DNA from: Burkholderiales bacterium
Lineage (GTDB): Bacteria > Pseudomonadota > Gammaproteobacteria > Burkholderiales > JAEUOS01
Length of the DNA stretch: 64,000 nucleotides
Assembly: GCA_947473125.1 (NCBI GenBank)
Contig: CANJDH010000013.1
Coordinates: 1,146-65,145, forward strand
Reading direction: 5' to 3'
Made by a program: the position numbers and the translations under genes. The notes beneath the pieces were generated by a model, which saw only the letters and a list, made by a program, of their open reading frames with translations, was not told the origin of the DNA and did not search any database. Below are positions 42,472 to 54,406 of this stretch, in pieces. The first letter of the stretch is position 1. The number at the start of each line of letters is the position of its first letter.

Positions 42472-42540
42472 GCCAAGGACGGCGCTGGCCGCAAATGAGC
42501 CGCGGGGAGGTACGAGGGCCGGTTGGCAGGACCCGCAAAC

Positions 42541-42569
42541 AAAAAGGCCGCCAGACAGGCGGCCTTTTT
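42541..42569. terminator. bidirectional rho-independent terminator between convergent genes
   Basis: aaaaa-ggccgcc-agaca-ggcggcc-ttttt. Confidence 0.8.
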
Positions 42570-42585
42570 GACGAAACGCGACGAC

Positions 42586-42879
42586 TCAGGCCATTGCCTT
42601 GACAGCAGCAGACAGGCGGCTCTTGTCGCGCGACGCCTTGTTCTTGTGCACGATGCGCTTGTCAGCGATGGTGTCGATCACGCTTTGTGCAGCCTTGAAG
42701 GAGTCAGTGGCCACTTTCTTGTCGCCGCCACTCACAGCCTTGCGCACGGCCTTGATGGCGGTACGCAGCTTGGAGCGCAGGCTCGAATTGTGGGCATTCT
42801 CTTTGATTGCTTGACGCGCGCGCTTCCGGCCCGAGGCCAGGCGTACGATTTTTTGCTTTGCTTTTTGTCCGGTAGCCAT
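42586..42879 (-). CDS. rpsT: 30S ribosomal protein S20
   Basis: KSAIKRARQ-type N-terminus ([26 protein letters not shown]); 97 aa. Confidence 0.95.
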   Translation of the reverse strand: MATGQKAKQKIVRLASGRKRARQAIKENAHNSSLRSKLRTAIKAVRKAVSGGDKKVATDSFKAAQSVIDTIADKRIVHKNKASRDKSRLSAAVKAMA

Positions 42880-43172
42880 GAATATCTGAAAAAATTTGGT
42901 TGGTGAGGATTCGGGTAATCGATGATTATAGCAAATTCAATGGCTTATTGGCAAGTTTCTGGCTGAAATTTGGTGAAGGGCTGCCGGACCCTGATCTGGG
43001 GCTGATGTTTGCCTGCACCGCCCAGTTCCGGGCGTTCCGGCCGGTATACTCGGGGCATTCCTTGCGCACGTACCAAAATTTTGAAAGCTCGCCACGCCCC
43101 CCTGTTGATGCTCAATTGCGCCCGGTGGGCATCCCGGCGTGGCCGGGGCCGGCACCCGATCGGCCGCAGCGC

Positions 43173-44711
43173 ATGAATTTGCTCGGCGCCCTCGCCAGGG
43201 TGAGTGGCTTTACGCTGCTGTCGCGCATTACCGGCCTGGCGCGCGAATTCCTGATCGCCCGGGCATTTGGTGCCAGCCTGTATACGGATGCCTTTTTTGT
43301 GGCCTTCCGCATTCCCAACCTGCTGCGCCGGCTGTTTGCGGAAGGCGCGTTTTCCCAGGCCTTCGTACCGATCCTGGCGCAGACCAAGAATGTCGGCGAC
43401 GAGGCCGGAACGCGCTCGCTGATCGACCATACCTTCGGCACGTTGACGCTGATCCTGGGCGTGACGACGCTGCTGGGGGTGATCGCCGCACCGCTGATCA
43501 TCTATGTCAGCGCACCGGGGTTCGCTGCGGACGCGCCAAAGTTCGCGGTCACGGTGGCGATGCTCAAGCTGACGTTCCCGTACATCCTGTTTATCGCGTT
43601 GACGGCGTTCGCTGGTGCCGTGCTCAATACCTGGAGCCGGTTTTCGGTGCCGGCCTTCACGCCGGTACTGCTCAACCTGTCGTTTATCGGCTGTGCGCTC
43701 TGGTTGGCACCGCATCTAGACCCGCCGGTGCTTGCGCTGGCTTGGGCGGTGCTGCTCGGCGGGGTGGTGCAGCTGGCATTTCAGTGGCCGGCATTGCGCA
43801 GGATCGGCATGGCGCCGCGATTCCGCTTTGACTGGCGGCACCAGGGCGTGCGGCGCATCCTGCGGCAAATGGCGCCGGCCCTGTTTGGCGTGTCGGTGGC
43901 GCAGATTAGCCTGTTGCTCAATACCATCATCGCGTCGTTTCTGGTCAGCGGCAGTGTGTCATGGCTGTATTACGCCGACCGCCTGATGGAGTTCCCGGCG
44001 GGCATGCTGGGCGTGGCACTGGGCACCATTTTGCTGCCCAGCTTGTCGAAAGCTGCGGCCGACGTCAATGGGACGCAGTTTTCCGAACTTCTCGACTGGG
44101 GCTTGCGCCTGACGTTCTTGCTGGCCTTGCCCGCGGCATTGGGCCTGGCGATGCTCGCCACCCCTCTGGTGACGACGCTGTATCACTACGGCGCGTTTGC
44201 GCAGAGCGACGTCGAGCAAACGCGCGCGGCGCTGGTGGCCTACGCTGCCGGATTGATCGGGCTGATTCTGGTCAAGGTACTGGCGCCCGGGTTCTATGCA
44301 CGCGGCGACATTCGTACCCCGGTCAAGATTGCGGTGGCGACGCTGGTGCTGACGCAGTTGATGAACCTGGCGTTTGTCGGCGTGCTCAAGCATGCCGGGC
44401 TGGCACTGGCGCTGGGTCTGGGTGCTTGCATCAATGCGTTTTTCCTGTGGCGCGGATTGCGCCGTACCGGCTCCTATCGCCCGGGACCGGGCTGGACCGC
44501 CTTCTACCTCAAGCTCGTACTGGCGCTGATGGTCATGGGAGCGGTGCTCTGGGGCATGGATCCTGGCGCGGCACGCTGGATTGCGATGCGCGCAGTGCCG
44601 TTTGAGCGGGTGGCGTGGCTGGGGGGCATTGTCAGCGCCGGCGCGCTGGTGTATTTTGCGTCTTTATGGGTGCTGGGTTTTCGCATCGGGGACTTCAAAA
44701 GGACTGTTTAG
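43173..44711 (+). CDS. murJ: lipid II flippase MurJ
   Basis: Track ORF trimmed to MNLLGALARVSGFTLLSRITGLAREFLIARAFGAS. FFVAFRIPNLLRRLFAEGAFSQAFVP motif; about 14 TM spans. Confidence 0.9.
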   Translation: MNLLGALARVSGFTLLSRITGLAREFLIARAFGASLYTDAFFVAFRIPNLLRRLFAEGAFSQAFVPILAQTKNVGDEAGTRSLIDHTFGTLTLILGVTTLLGVIAAPLIIYVSAPGFAADAPKFAVTVAMLKLTFPYILFIALTAFAGAVLNTWSRFSVPAFTPVLLNLSFIGCALWLAPHLDPPVLALAWAVLLGGVVQLAFQWPALRRIGMAPRFRFDWRHQGVRRILRQMAPALFGVSVAQISLLLNTIIASFLVSGSVSWLYYADRLMEFPAGMLGVALGTILLPSLSKAAADVNGTQFSELLDWGLRLTFLLALPAALGLAMLATPLVTTLYHYGAFAQSDVEQTRAALVAYAAGLIGLILVKVLAPGFYARGDIRTPVKIAVATLVLTQLMNLAFVGVLKHAGLALALGLGACINAFFLWRGLRRTGSYRPGPGWTAFYLKLVLALMVMGAVLWGMDPGAARWIAMRAVPFERVAWLGGIVSAGALVYFASLWVLGFRIGDFKRTV

Positions 44712-45554
44712 TTGGCGACTGAACCCTTGCAGCGCTTTCGCGACGCCGTCGCGCCGGAGCGCGTAAAAATCGACCTTGCAGAAGCCGCGCTGCTGTGTGC
44801 GCAGGATACTTATCCTGACCTCGATATTCGCAGCCAGCTCGACTCGATTGAAGCGCTCGCGGCCCGCCTGCGCAATCGCCTGCCGGCCGATTTTTCCGTG
44901 ACGCACCGGCTTGTGGCGCTCAACAACTACCTGTTTGGCGAGCTCGGGTTTTCCGGCAATGCCGACTCTTATTACGATCCGCGCAACAGCTTTCTCAACG
45001 ACGTGCTGGCGCGCAAAACCGGGATTCCCATCACGTTGTCGATCCTGTATCTGGAGATCGGGCAGCGCCTTGGCTTGAAACTCAAGGGCGTATCGTTCCC
45101 GGGCCATTTTCTGGTCAAGGTGCGCGTCAGCGGCGGCGAACTCGTACTTGACCCGTTTGCCGGGGGGCGCTCGCTTTCGGAAGAGGAATTGCGCGAACGC
45201 CTTGCCCAGTTCACGGATCCGGACACCGCCAAGGAACTGCCGCTTGAAGATTTTCTTGCGCCGGCAACGCCGCGCCAGATCCTGGCGCGCCTGCTGCGCA
45301 ACCTCAAGGCGATCTATCTCGATGCCAAGGAATTCGACAAGGCGTTGGGCGTGATGAACCGTCTGGTGATCCTGCTGCCGGATGTGCCAGAGGAGCGGCG
45401 CGATCGCGGGCTGATGTTTGCCCGGCTTGAATGCCCGCGGGCCGCACAGGAAGACTTGAGCCACTACGCATCGGCACGGCCGCAAGCCGAGGACGCGGAG
45501 ATCATTGCGGCGCAGTTGGCGGCTACCACGATCGCGGCAGCGCGCCTGAACTGA
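44712..45554 (+). CDS. SirB1-like transglutaminase-fold/TPR protein
   Basis: TTG start directly after the murJ stop. NSFLNDVLARKTGIPITLSILYLEIGQRLGL...FPGHFLVK pattern. Confidence 0.7.
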   Translation: MATEPLQRFRDAVAPERVKIDLAEAALLCAQDTYPDLDIRSQLDSIEALAARLRNRLPADFSVTHRLVALNNYLFGELGFSGNADSYYDPRNSFLNDVLARKTGIPITLSILYLEIGQRLGLKLKGVSFPGHFLVKVRVSGGELVLDPFAGGRSLSEEELRERLAQFTDPDTAKELPLEDFLAPATPRQILARLLRNLKAIYLDAKEFDKALGVMNRLVILLPDVPEERRDRGLMFARLECPRAAQEDLSHYASARPQAEDAEIIAAQLAATTIAAARLN

Positions 45555-45567
45555 GGTTGCGGCTAGC

Positions 45568-45677
45568 GCGGCGCCATGCGGATAGCGCCGTGACGTTCGC
45601 TTCGCTCACATCACAGGTGCCAGGAGCCGTCGCACCCGCAAGCCGCCGCTAACGCGGCGCCATGCGGATAGCGCCGT
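45568..45677. repeat. 30-nt direct repeat (1 mismatch) 80 nt apart; the right copy is the last 9 codons plus stop of the SDR gene
   Basis: 45568-45597 gctagcgcggcgccatgcggatagcgccgt versus 45648-45677 gctaacgcggcgccatgcggatagcgccgt. Confidence 0.8.
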
Positions 45678-46410
45678 CTAAGCGAATCGTTTCGCCGTTG
45701 AGCATTTCGTTTTCGATGATGTGCTTGGCGAGGCTGGCGAACTCATCGGGCCGTCCCAGGCGCGACGGGAACGGTACCTGTTTGCCGAGGGATTCCTGTA
45801 CTTCGGGCGAGAGGCCCTGCAACAAGGGCGTGAGGAACAATCCCGGTGCGATGGTGACGCAGCGAATGCCGTCGCGCGACAAATCGCGCGCGATCGGCAA
45901 GGTCATGCCGACGATGCCTCCTTTCGAGGCGGCGTAGGCAGCCTGCCCAATCTGGCCGTCATAGGCGGCAACCGATGCCGTGTTGATCAGGACGCCGCGC
46001 TCGCCGGCCGCGTTAGGCTGGTTGTTGAGCATGGCGGTGGCTGCGAGGCGGATCATGTTGAAGGTGCCGATCAGGTTAATTTGGATCACGCGGGTGAAGC
46101 CGGCGAGGCTGTGCGGGCCGTTCTTGCCAGTGGTTTTTTCGGCTGTGCCGATGCCAGCGCAATTGACCAGGCCGTTGATGGCGCCATGGGTCTTGACGGT
46201 TGCAGTGACGGCCGCCTGCGCGTCGGTATCGCTGGTGACATCGCACTTGATGAAGATGCCCCCGGTTTCCTGCGCCAATGCGGCACCCAGATCCGCATTG
46301 AGGTCGGCGATCGCCACCTTGCCACCGCTGGCAGCAATCAGTTTCACCGTTGCCGCACCCAGACCGGACGCACCGCCAGTCACCAGAAAAACGTTGCCCT
46401 TGATTTCCAT
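45649..46410 (-). CDS. short-chain dehydrogenase, 3-hydroxyacyl-CoA dehydrogenase type-2-like
   Basis: VTGGASGLG cofactor motif, catalytic YAASKGG, overall HSD10-like pattern; 253 aa. Confidence 0.9.
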   Translation of the reverse strand: MEIKGNVFLVTGGASGLGAATVKLIAASGGKVAIADLNADLGAALAQETGGIFIKCDVTSDTDAQAAVTATVKTHGAINGLVNCAGIGTAEKTTGKNGPHSLAGFTRVIQINLIGTFNMIRLAATAMLNNQPNAAGERGVLINTASVAAYDGQIGQAAYAASKGGIVGMTLPIARDLSRDGIRCVTIAPGLFLTPLLQGLSPEVQESLGKQVPFPSRLGRPDEFASLAKHIIENEMLNGETIRLDGAIRMAPR

Positions 46411-46488
46411 GGAGATTCTCCTCTTGAGTCTATATTGATTATTAATTGTAACTAATGACCGGTTCCTGCCGCTCCCACTTGCAACGCC

Positions 46489-47658
46489 TCATTCAAGCGC
46501 CTTGGCGCGGGCCGCTGCCGTTGCTTCCCCCTGTCGTGCGGCAAGCAGGTACCAGCGTCGCGCTTCCGCCGGATTGGGTTTGACCAGCACGCCATCGCTG
46601 AACAAGTCGCCGATGAGTTTTTGGGTGGAGGCGCGACCGTTGGCACCGAGCTGATTGGAGTAGGACTGGAGCTGTTTGCGGTCCTCGGCAATCGCCCATT
46701 TGGTGTCGGCCAGCACGATCATGTGGGCACGTGCCAATTCGCTGCCATGCGCGGCAGCCAGCGCCATCCAGCGGGTGCCGATGTCGGGATCGAGTGCCGC
46801 ACCTTGGCCGTAGAGAAACATCAGTCCCAGATTCAATTCGGCATCCGCATCGCTTTTTTGGGCCGCCATGCGGAAATAATCGCCGGCACGCTTGAAATCC
46901 TTTTCGACGCCAAGCCCCTTGAGGTAGAGCACGCCGAGGTTGTTGAGCGATTTGGATTCGCTTCGGGCAGCGGCGCGTTCGTACCAGCTGCGCGCAGCGA
47001 CGTAATCCTGGGGCACGCCAAGCCCGTCGCGGTGCAGGTTGCCGAGGTTGTCCATGGCGATGGTATGGCCGGCCGCTGCCGCCTGCGCGTAGAGTTCGAG
47101 TGCGCGCTTCGGGTCGCGACTGACGCCCTCACCGCGGACGTAGGCGTTGGCCAGGGTGTTGAGCGTGTTCGGTTCGCCGCGTGGCAATGCCTCTGTGAGC
47201 CAGTACACCGCCAGTGCCGGCGTGCGCGGTACACCGAGGCCGTCGGCATACATGACGGCGAGGTTGGTTTGGGAGGCGGCGTGTCCATTTCGGGCGCCGC
47301 GCAAGAACCAGGCGAATGCCTGAGCGTAATCCTGCGCGATGCTGTCGCCATAGAAGTAAGCGGTGCCGATGCGAGTCTGCGCGCCGGGGATGTCCTGCTC
47401 CGCGGCTTGGCGGAACAACTCGATGGCACGCGGCAGGTCGCGTGGTACCTGCTTGCCTGGCAGCAGCATTTCCGCCACGGCGTACTGTGCATATTTGTTG
47501 CCGGTGCGGGCGAGCGGTTCGAGGAGGCGCATCGCCGTCGGTGCATCGCCGGCTTCGAACGCTGCATAGCCCGCGCGCAACGATGTGTCGTCGCCTTGGG
47601 CCTGCGCGACGGTGCACAACAGGGCAAAACCGAGAAAAAGCCAACTTGGATATCGCAT
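46489..47658 (-). CDS. periplasmic Sel1-repeat (TPR-like) protein
   Basis: Track ORF trimmed to MRYPSWLFLGFALLCTVAQAQ signal peptide. About 9 Sel1 units of the form A..W...AA..G...AQ..LG.MY..G.GV..D. Confidence 0.85.
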   Translation of the reverse strand: MRYPSWLFLGFALLCTVAQAQGDDTSLRAGYAAFEAGDAPTAMRLLEPLARTGNKYAQYAVAEMLLPGKQVPRDLPRAIELFRQAAEQDIPGAQTRIGTAYFYGDSIAQDYAQAFAWFLRGARNGHAASQTNLAVMYADGLGVPRTPALAVYWLTEALPRGEPNTLNTLANAYVRGEGVSRDPKRALELYAQAAAAGHTIAMDNLGNLHRDGLGVPQDYVAARSWYERAAARSESKSLNNLGVLYLKGLGVEKDFKRAGDYFRMAAQKSDADAELNLGLMFLYGQGAALDPDIGTRWMALAAAHGSELARAHMIVLADTKWAIAEDRKQLQSYSNQLGANGRASTQKLIGDLFSDGVLVKPNPAEARRWYLLAARQGEATAAARAKALE

Positions 47659-47688
47659 GGCAAGCAAGGTGCGCTGATCTTGGAGCGG

Positions 47689-47719
47689 CAAAGAAAAAAG
47701 GGCAGCCTGGTGGCTGCCC
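47689..47719 (-). terminator. rho-independent terminator after hppA
   Basis: On the minus strand, gggcagcc-acca-ggctgccc followed by ttttttctttg. Confidence 0.75.
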
Positions 47720-47743
47720 TTCAATTTTACGTTGACCGCATGG

Positions 47744-49810
47744 TTACAGTAGCGGCACGATCAGCAGCGCCACGATGTTGATGATCTTGATCAGCGGGTT
47801 GACGGCAGGGCCGGCAGTGTCCTTGTACGGATCGCCGACGGTGTCACCGGTGACGGCGGCTTTGTGGGCATCGGAGCCCTTGCCGCCGTGGTTGCCTTCC
47901 TCGATGTATTTCTTGGCGTTGTCCCACGCGCCGCCGCCGGTACACATCGAGATGGCGACGAACAGGCCGGTGACGATGGTGCCCATCAACACGCCGCCGA
48001 GGGCTTCGGGCCCGAGGATCAGGCCCACCAGGATCGGCACCATTACCGGCAGGATCGAAGGAATCATCATTTCCTTGATGGCGGCAGTGGTCAGCATGTC
48101 GACGGCGCGCTCGTATTCGGGTTTGGCCGTGCCTTCCATGATGCCCTTGATCTCGCGGAACTGGCGACGCACTTCTTCGACGACTGCGCCAGCGGCACGC
48201 CCCACGGCTTCCATCGCCATGGCGCCGAACAGGTAGGGGATCAGGCCGCCGATGAACAGGCCGATCACGACACGGTGGTCGGCAAGGTCAAACGCAAAAT
48301 GCTTGTGCTTGACTGCTTCAAGCGCGTGCGTATAGTCGGCGAACAGGACCAGTGCGGCGAGGCCAGCCGAACCGATGGCATAGCCCTTTGTCACCGCTTT
48401 GGTGGTGTTGCCGACAGCGTCGAGCGGGTCGGTGATGTTGCGCACTGATTCGGGCAACTCGCTCATTTCGGCAATGCCGCCGGCGTTGTCGGTGATCGGG
48501 CCATACGCGTCGAGCGCGACGATGATGCCGGCCATCGATAGCATCGAGGTAGCGGCGATCGCGATGCCATACAACCCGGCCAATGCGTAGGCAAGGTAGA
48601 TGGCCAGGCAGATCACCATCACCGGCCAACCGGTCGACTTCATCGATACAGCGATGCCGGCGATGATGTTGGTGGCGTGGCCTTTGGTGGAAGCTTCGGC
48701 GACATACTGCACCGGGTGGAACTGCGTGCCGGTGTAGTACTCGGTGATGTAAACCAGCAGCCCGGTCAGCGCCAGGCCGACCACGGCTGCCAGCCAGAGG
48801 CGCATGATGGCGCCGGTCGCGAAGCCCTCACCCGATAGCGCGGTGTCGGGGATCAGCCATGCGGTCACGAAGTAGAACGGTACGAGCGAGAGCGCGCCAG
48901 CGACGGCCAAGCCGCGATACAGCGCGTTCATGATCTTGCCGCCTTCCTTGACCTTGACGAAGAGGCAGCCGACGATCGACGCGATGATCGACACGGCACC
49001 GAGCATCAACGGGTAAATCACGCCGGCGTCGCTGCCCTTGATCAGCAGTGCGCCGAGTACCATCGTAGCGATCAGCGTGACCGCGTAGGTCTCGAACAGG
49101 TCGGCTGCCATGCCGGCGCAATCGCCGACGTTGTCACCGACGTTGTCGGCGATCACTGCCGGGTTGCGCGGGTCGTCTTCGGGAATGCCGGCTTCGACTT
49201 TACCCACCAAGTCCGCGCCGACGTCGGCGCCCTTGGTGAAAATCCCTCCGCCGAGGCGGGCGAAGATCGAAATCAGAGATGCGCCGAAGGCCAGGCCCAC
49301 CATGGGTTTGAGCAGGTCGGCCAGCGACATGGTCTTACCCAGGCCGTGCGGCGCGGCGCCTTGCAGCACCAGGTAAAACCCGGCGACGGCAATCATGCCC
49401 AGACCCACCACGAGCATGCCGGTAATCGCACCGCCGCGAAAGGCAACGTCAAATGCCGGGGCGAGCCCCTTGGTGGCGGCCTGTGCGGTACGCACGTTGG
49501 CGCGTACCGATACGTTCATGCCGATAAAGCCGGTGAGACCCGACAGCACTGCGCCAACCAGAAAGCCAGCTGCCGTCATCCAGCCCAAGCCGGGAACCAC
49601 GCCCAGGATCAGAAAGATGATCACGCCAACCCACGCAATAGTCTTGTATTGACGGTTCAGGTAGGCTTGTGCGCCGGCCTGGATCGCCGCGGCGATCTCC
49701 TGCATGCGCGCGTTGCCGGCCGGCTGCGAGATGATCCACTTGATGGAAACGACGCCATACATGACTGCGACGATGCCGCAGGCAATGGCGATCCACAATG
49801 CTGAAGACAT
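47744..49810 (-). CDS. hppA: membrane-bound H+-translocating pyrophosphatase, K+-independent type
   Basis: [43 protein letters not shown] (Lys in GNTTKA marks the K+-independent clade), DNAKKYIE. Confidence 0.95.
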   Translation of the reverse strand: MSSALWIAIACGIVAVMYGVVSIKWIISQPAGNARMQEIAAAIQAGAQAYLNRQYKTIAWVGVIIFLILGVVPGLGWMTAAGFLVGAVLSGLTGFIGMNVSVRANVRTAQAATKGLAPAFDVAFRGGAITGMLVVGLGMIAVAGFYLVLQGAAPHGLGKTMSLADLLKPMVGLAFGASLISIFARLGGGIFTKGADVGADLVGKVEAGIPEDDPRNPAVIADNVGDNVGDCAGMAADLFETYAVTLIATMVLGALLIKGSDAGVIYPLMLGAVSIIASIVGCLFVKVKEGGKIMNALYRGLAVAGALSLVPFYFVTAWLIPDTALSGEGFATGAIMRLWLAAVVGLALTGLLVYITEYYTGTQFHPVQYVAEASTKGHATNIIAGIAVSMKSTGWPVMVICLAIYLAYALAGLYGIAIAATSMLSMAGIIVALDAYGPITDNAGGIAEMSELPESVRNITDPLDAVGNTTKAVTKGYAIGSAGLAALVLFADYTHALEAVKHKHFAFDLADHRVVIGLFIGGLIPYLFGAMAMEAVGRAAGAVVEEVRRQFREIKGIMEGTAKPEYERAVDMLTTAAIKEMMIPSILPVMVPILVGLILGPEALGGVLMGTIVTGLFVAISMCTGGGAWDNAKKYIEEGNHGGKGSDAHKAAVTGDTVGDPYKDTAGPAVNPLIKIINIVALLIVPLL

Positions 49811-49903
49811 TGACTCCTCCTGAATTACTTTAGGTTGAAAACTGTTTCGACCGACGATCTGCGCCCCCGGCCATGCAGCCGCGGATAAACCTGCGGCGAA
49901 AAA

Positions 49904-51223
49904 CTATCGAATTGTAAAGGATTCGGCCAGTTTTTTCGCTACGGGCGCGTTTTTCAGCCTGACATAGTCGGGCAGACCGTTGCGATAGGGGGGGTAATCT
50001 TCCCCGCCGATGAGCGGGGCAAGGTATTGCCGGCAATCAGCGGTGATATGAAATCCGTCTTCACTGATAAAGCTGCGTGGCATTTTTTTTTCAAGGTTGG
50101 CGACATCTGCCAGCGCTACCGTTTCAATGTGCCAGCGATAGGGTTTGTCCGATGTACGGACCAAGGCCATCATGACGCCGCTCTTGCCTTCGATGGCTGC
50201 CCTGACCGCAGCCTGGCCCAGTTGGTAGCTTTGTCGGACATCGACCTTGGATGCAACATGCCTGGCAGCGCGCTGCAGGTAGTCGGCTACGGCCCAATGG
50301 TATTTGTAGCCGAGCCTTTCCTTGACCAGTTGGGCAACCAAAGGCGCCACGCCGCCCAACTGGGCGTGGCCGAATGCATCTGTCAATCCTGTCTCGGAGA
50401 GAAACTTGCCGTCCCTGTTGCGCAGCCCTTCGGATACGGCGATTGTGCAGTAACCATGCCGTTCCACTGTAGTGCGAACCTTGGCAAGAAATGCGCTCTC
50501 GTCGAATTGGACTTCCGGAAACAGCAGCACATGGGGCGCTTCACCCTCCTGGGTGGCCGCCAAACCGCAGGCTGCGGTAATCCAGCCGGCGTGCCGGCCC
50601 ATGACCTCGAGCACAAACACCTTTGTCGAGGTGCGCGCCATCGAGGCGACGTCCATGCCGGCTTCCCGCATCGAAAGTGCCACGTATTTGGCTACCGAGC
50701 CGAAGCCAGGACAGTTGTCGGTGCCGACCAGATCGTTGTCCACCGTTTTCGGGATGCCGATGCAGGCGACCGGATAGCCCAGCTCGGCGCTGACTCTGGA
50801 AAACTTGTGCGCGGTATCCATCGAATCGTTGCCGCCGTTGTAGAAAAAGTAGCCGATGTCGTGGGCCTTGAAGACCTCGATAAGGCGCAAGTATTCGGCC
50901 GGGGCCTGCTCAAACGGCTTGAGTTTGTAGCGACACGAGCCGAATGCGCCGCCGGGGGTCGTGCGCAAGCGTGCAATCGCCGCCGCCGGTTCTTTCGACG
51001 TATCAATCAGGTCTTCGGTCAGGGCGCCGATGATGCCGTCGCGCCCTGCAAACACTTTGCCGATGCGGCCCCCGTAGCTGCGCGCTTCCTCGATCAGGCC
51101 GCAGGCGGACGCATTGATGACCGCGGTCACGCCGCCCGACTGGGCGTAAAACGCGTTGCGCGGCGCGGGTTTCGCCTTCGACCGAGCGGCGCGGACTGCT
51201 GCAGGAGCGGCGTTGCCCGCCAT
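49904..51223 (-). CDS. pfp: 6-phosphofructokinase, predicted pyrophosphate-dependent (PPi-PFK)
   Basis: Track ORF trimmed to MAGNAAPAAV. GGNDS (Asp at the E. coli Gly104 position) and PKTVDND (Lys at the Gly124 position) are the classical PPi-specificity signatures. Confidence 0.85.
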   Translation of the reverse strand: MAGNAAPAAVRAARSKAKPAPRNAFYAQSGGVTAVINASACGLIEEARSYGGRIGKVFAGRDGIIGALTEDLIDTSKEPAAAIARLRTTPGGAFGSCRYKLKPFEQAPAEYLRLIEVFKAHDIGYFFYNGGNDSMDTAHKFSRVSAELGYPVACIGIPKTVDNDLVGTDNCPGFGSVAKYVALSMREAGMDVASMARTSTKVFVLEVMGRHAGWITAACGLAATQEGEAPHVLLFPEVQFDESAFLAKVRTTVERHGYCTIAVSEGLRNRDGKFLSETGLTDAFGHAQLGGVAPLVAQLVKERLGYKYHWAVADYLQRAARHVASKVDVRQSYQLGQAAVRAAIEGKSGVMMALVRTSDKPYRWHIETVALADVANLEKKMPRSFISEDGFHITADCRQYLAPLIGGEDYPPYRNGLPDYVRLKNAPVAKKLAESFTIR

Positions 51224-51231
51224 CGGCTTGT

Positions 51232-51894
<663 letters not shown>

Positions 51895-51956
51895 TCACTT
51901 AAGGTTGAGTGGATGACAATGGATTCTAGTTTGACGTCGATTCTAGCGCGAACCGC

Positions 51957-52745
51957 CTACGATTGCCCGAATAACTTGCGCACCAGGTCGAGGTCCTCCG
52001 CCGTGTCGACCCCGGGTGCCGCGGTCGCTATCGAGATGCGCACGGCGATGCGGTGGCCGTGCCACAGGGCGCGCAATTGCTCCAGGGCCTCGAACTGCTC
52101 GATCGGCGCGGCCGTCAATCCGGGGAACTGTTTCAGGAAGGCGACACGATAGGCGTAGATGCCCATGTGGCGGTAGATCGGCAATCCCGGCGGGAGGGAG
52201 GAAGGGGCCGTGCCAGGCGCGCTCCTGGAATGCGCGGCAAATGCATCGCGCGCCCAGGGGATTGCAGCACGTGAAAAATACAGCGCGGTATTGCGGGAGT
52301 CGAGCACCACCTTGACGATGTTCGGATTGAACACCTCGGCGGCCGCGCTCAACGCATGGCAGGCGGTAGCCATCGCGCAATCGTTACGTTGCGCCAGTTC
52401 CTCGGCGACTGCATGGATCAGCGCGGGCGAAACTAGCGGTTCGTCGCCTTGCACGTTCACGACGATCACCTCGTCTGAGAGACCGAGCAAGGTGGCCGCC
52501 TCGGCGAGGCGGTCGGTGCCTGATGCGTGATCCGTGCGCGTCAGCAATGCGCGAAAACCATGCGCTTCGACGGCACTCTTGATTTCGACATCGTCGGTTG
52601 CCACCCATACGCGGGATGCGCCGCTGAGGGCAGCTTTTTCGGCGACCCGCACCACCATCGGCTTGCCGCCGATGTCGGCCATCACCTTGTCGGCGAGGCG
52701 CGATGACGCGCGTCTCGCAGGAATCAGTGCAACGAATGGAGTCAA
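51957..52745 (-). CDS. kdsB: 3-deoxy-manno-octulosonate cytidylyltransferase
   Basis: [26 protein letters not shown] and [10 protein letters not shown] motifs. Confidence 0.95.
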   Translation of the reverse strand: MTPFVALIPARRASSRLADKVMADIGGKPMVVRVAEKAALSGASRVWVATDDVEIKSAVEAHGFRALLTRTDHASGTDRLAEAATLLGLSDEVIVVNVQGDEPLVSPALIHAVAEELAQRNDCAMATACHALSAAAEVFNPNIVKVVLDSRNTALYFSRAAIPWARDAFAAHSRSAPGTAPSSLPPGLPIYRHMGIYAYRVAFLKQFPGLTAAPIEQFEALEQLRALWHGHRIAVRISIATAAPGVDTAEDLDLVRKLFGQS

Positions 52746-52760
52746 GAGGGCTGGTGCGCT

Positions 52761-52949
52761 CTAGGCTGGTCTGGCCAATTCGGCGTCCGTGAGCGGGCGG
52801 GCCTCTTCTTCGAGCATGACGGGAATGCCGTCGCGAATCGGATACGCCAGGCGCGCGGACCGTGAAATCAGTTCCTGCTTGTCGCGGTCATAGACCAGGG
52901 GGCCCTTGGTGATCGGGCACACCAGGATATCAAGCAGTTTTGCGTCCAC
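52761..52949 (-). CDS. Trm112/YcaR family small protein
   Basis: [14 protein letters not shown]...[13 protein letters not shown]; conserved lpxK-ycaR-kdsB position. Confidence 0.85.
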   Translation of the reverse strand: MDAKLLDILVCPITKGPLVYDRDKQELISRSARLAYPIRDGIPVMLEEEARPLTDAELARPA

Positions 52950-53964
52950 GCAATGTCTCCAGAATCAGGTCAAAAAACGCTGTGCCAAGTTTCGCGGTCA
53001 CCGGCAACACCCAGATGCGTTCGTCATTGAACGTGGCGCATTTTAGCGCGTCCTTTTCGGTCATGATGAGTGTGTCGGCACTGATGCGCGCCAAATCGTC
53101 GCGCGTGAATGCGTGATGGTCGGGAAATGGGAAGGGCGCCGCCGCAATCGAGGCCGAGCGCAGCGTGGCGAAAAAACGCTCTGGATGGCCGACGCCGGCG
53201 ATTGCCGCGACCGATCCGCGCGCGCCCAACTCGTCAATGCCGCGGGTCTGCAAGGGATCAGCCAACCGGTAGCAGCGCTGCGGTTCAAGCCGCATTACAT
53301 GCATGGATGGAAACCGTTGGTGCAAGCCATTGTTGGAGGCATCTGCCGTGGAAGCGTTGTGCACCATGGCTGTCAGGCCGGTCGCTCGTGAGAGCGGTTC
53401 GCGCAGCGGGCCGGCCGGCAGCATCTGCCCGTTGCCGGCACCGCGGTCGTCGAACACGGCGATCTCGATGTCGCGCGCCAGCGCATAGTGCTGCAGGCCG
53501 TCATCGCTGACGATCACGTCGACGTCCGGGTGCGCCGCGAGCAGGGCGCGACCGGCGCGGACCCGGTCGGTGTCGACCACCACCGGAACCTGCGTCGCAC
53601 GCGCAATCAGCAGCGGTTCGTCGCCGGTCAGCTGCGGGTCGCCGTTCGCAAGTACATGAACCGGTTTGGCGCTGAGATTGCCTCCCTCTTGCCGGCCGTA
53701 GCCGCGGCTGATCACGCCAGGGCGATGGCCGGCTTCCTTCAATTTGCGCACAAGGGCGATGACCAGCGGCGTCTTGCCGCTACCGCCCACCGTCAGATTA
53801 CCGACGATGATGACGGGCACCGACAGCCGCATCGAACGCAACAGCCCGAGGCGATACAACATCATGCGGAGGACGACGACGAGGCGGAACAGCCAGCTCG
53901 CCGGAAGCAGCAACGCGGTGCGCGCGGTTCGCCGGGGCAACCACCAGTCGCGCGTCAGGGACAA
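52930..53964 (-). CDS. lpxK: tetraacyldisaccharide 4'-kinase
   Basis: TTG start. LLLPASWLF...[19 protein letters not shown]-loop. Confidence 0.9.
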   Translation of the reverse strand: MSLTRDWWLPRRTARTALLLPASWLFRLVVVLRMMLYRLGLLRSMRLSVPVIIVGNLTVGGSGKTPLVIALVRKLKEAGHRPGVISRGYGRQEGGNLSAKPVHVLANGDPQLTGDEPLLIARATQVPVVVDTDRVRAGRALLAAHPDVDVIVSDDGLQHYALARDIEIAVFDDRGAGNGQMLPAGPLREPLSRATGLTAMVHNASTADASNNGLHQRFPSMHVMRLEPQRCYRLADPLQTRGIDELGARGSVAAIAGVGHPERFFATLRSASIAAAPFPFPDHHAFTRDDLARISADTLIMTEKDALKCATFNDERIWVLPVTAKLGTAFFDLILETLRGRKTA

Positions 53965-53974
53965 GGCCGCAACC

Positions 53975-54394
53975 CTATTTGCTGGTCGTGCTTTGCGTGG
54001 TAAAGGTGACTTGGCCCAGGCCGGCCATTTGCGCCGCCTGCATCACGACCACCACTGACTGGTGCGTCGCCTGGGCATCTGCGTTGATCACCACGACCGG
54101 ATCCTTATTGCCGGCGGCCGCGTTTTTCAAGTCGGACGACAGGCCGTCGACGTTGGTGAAGGCGATGGTCTTGCCGTTGATCGCGTATTTGCTGCCGGCG
54201 GTGATGCCGACATTGACCTCGTTGGGACGCTCGAGCTGCTTCTCGGCGTCAGCGGTCGGCAGGTTGATCTGTAGCTCCGCATATTTCGAGTAGGTGGTGG
54301 TGACCATCAGGAAGATCAGGATCACCAGCAGCACGTCGATCAACGGAATGAAGTTGATCTCCGGCTCCTCGGGTAGCTTGCGGCGGAAGTTCAT
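53975..54394 (-). CDS. exbD: biopolymer transport protein ExbD/TolR family
   Basis: EINFIPLIDVLLVILIFLMVTT N-terminal TM motif; 139 aa. Confidence 0.9.
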   Translation of the reverse strand: MNFRRKLPEEPEINFIPLIDVLLVILIFLMVTTTYSKYAELQINLPTADAEKQLERPNEVNVGITAGSKYAINGKTIAFTNVDGLSSDLKNAAAGNKDPVVVINADAQATHQSVVVVMQAAQMAGLGQVTFTTQSTTSK

Positions 54395-54406
54395 CGCGTG
54401 CCTGCC

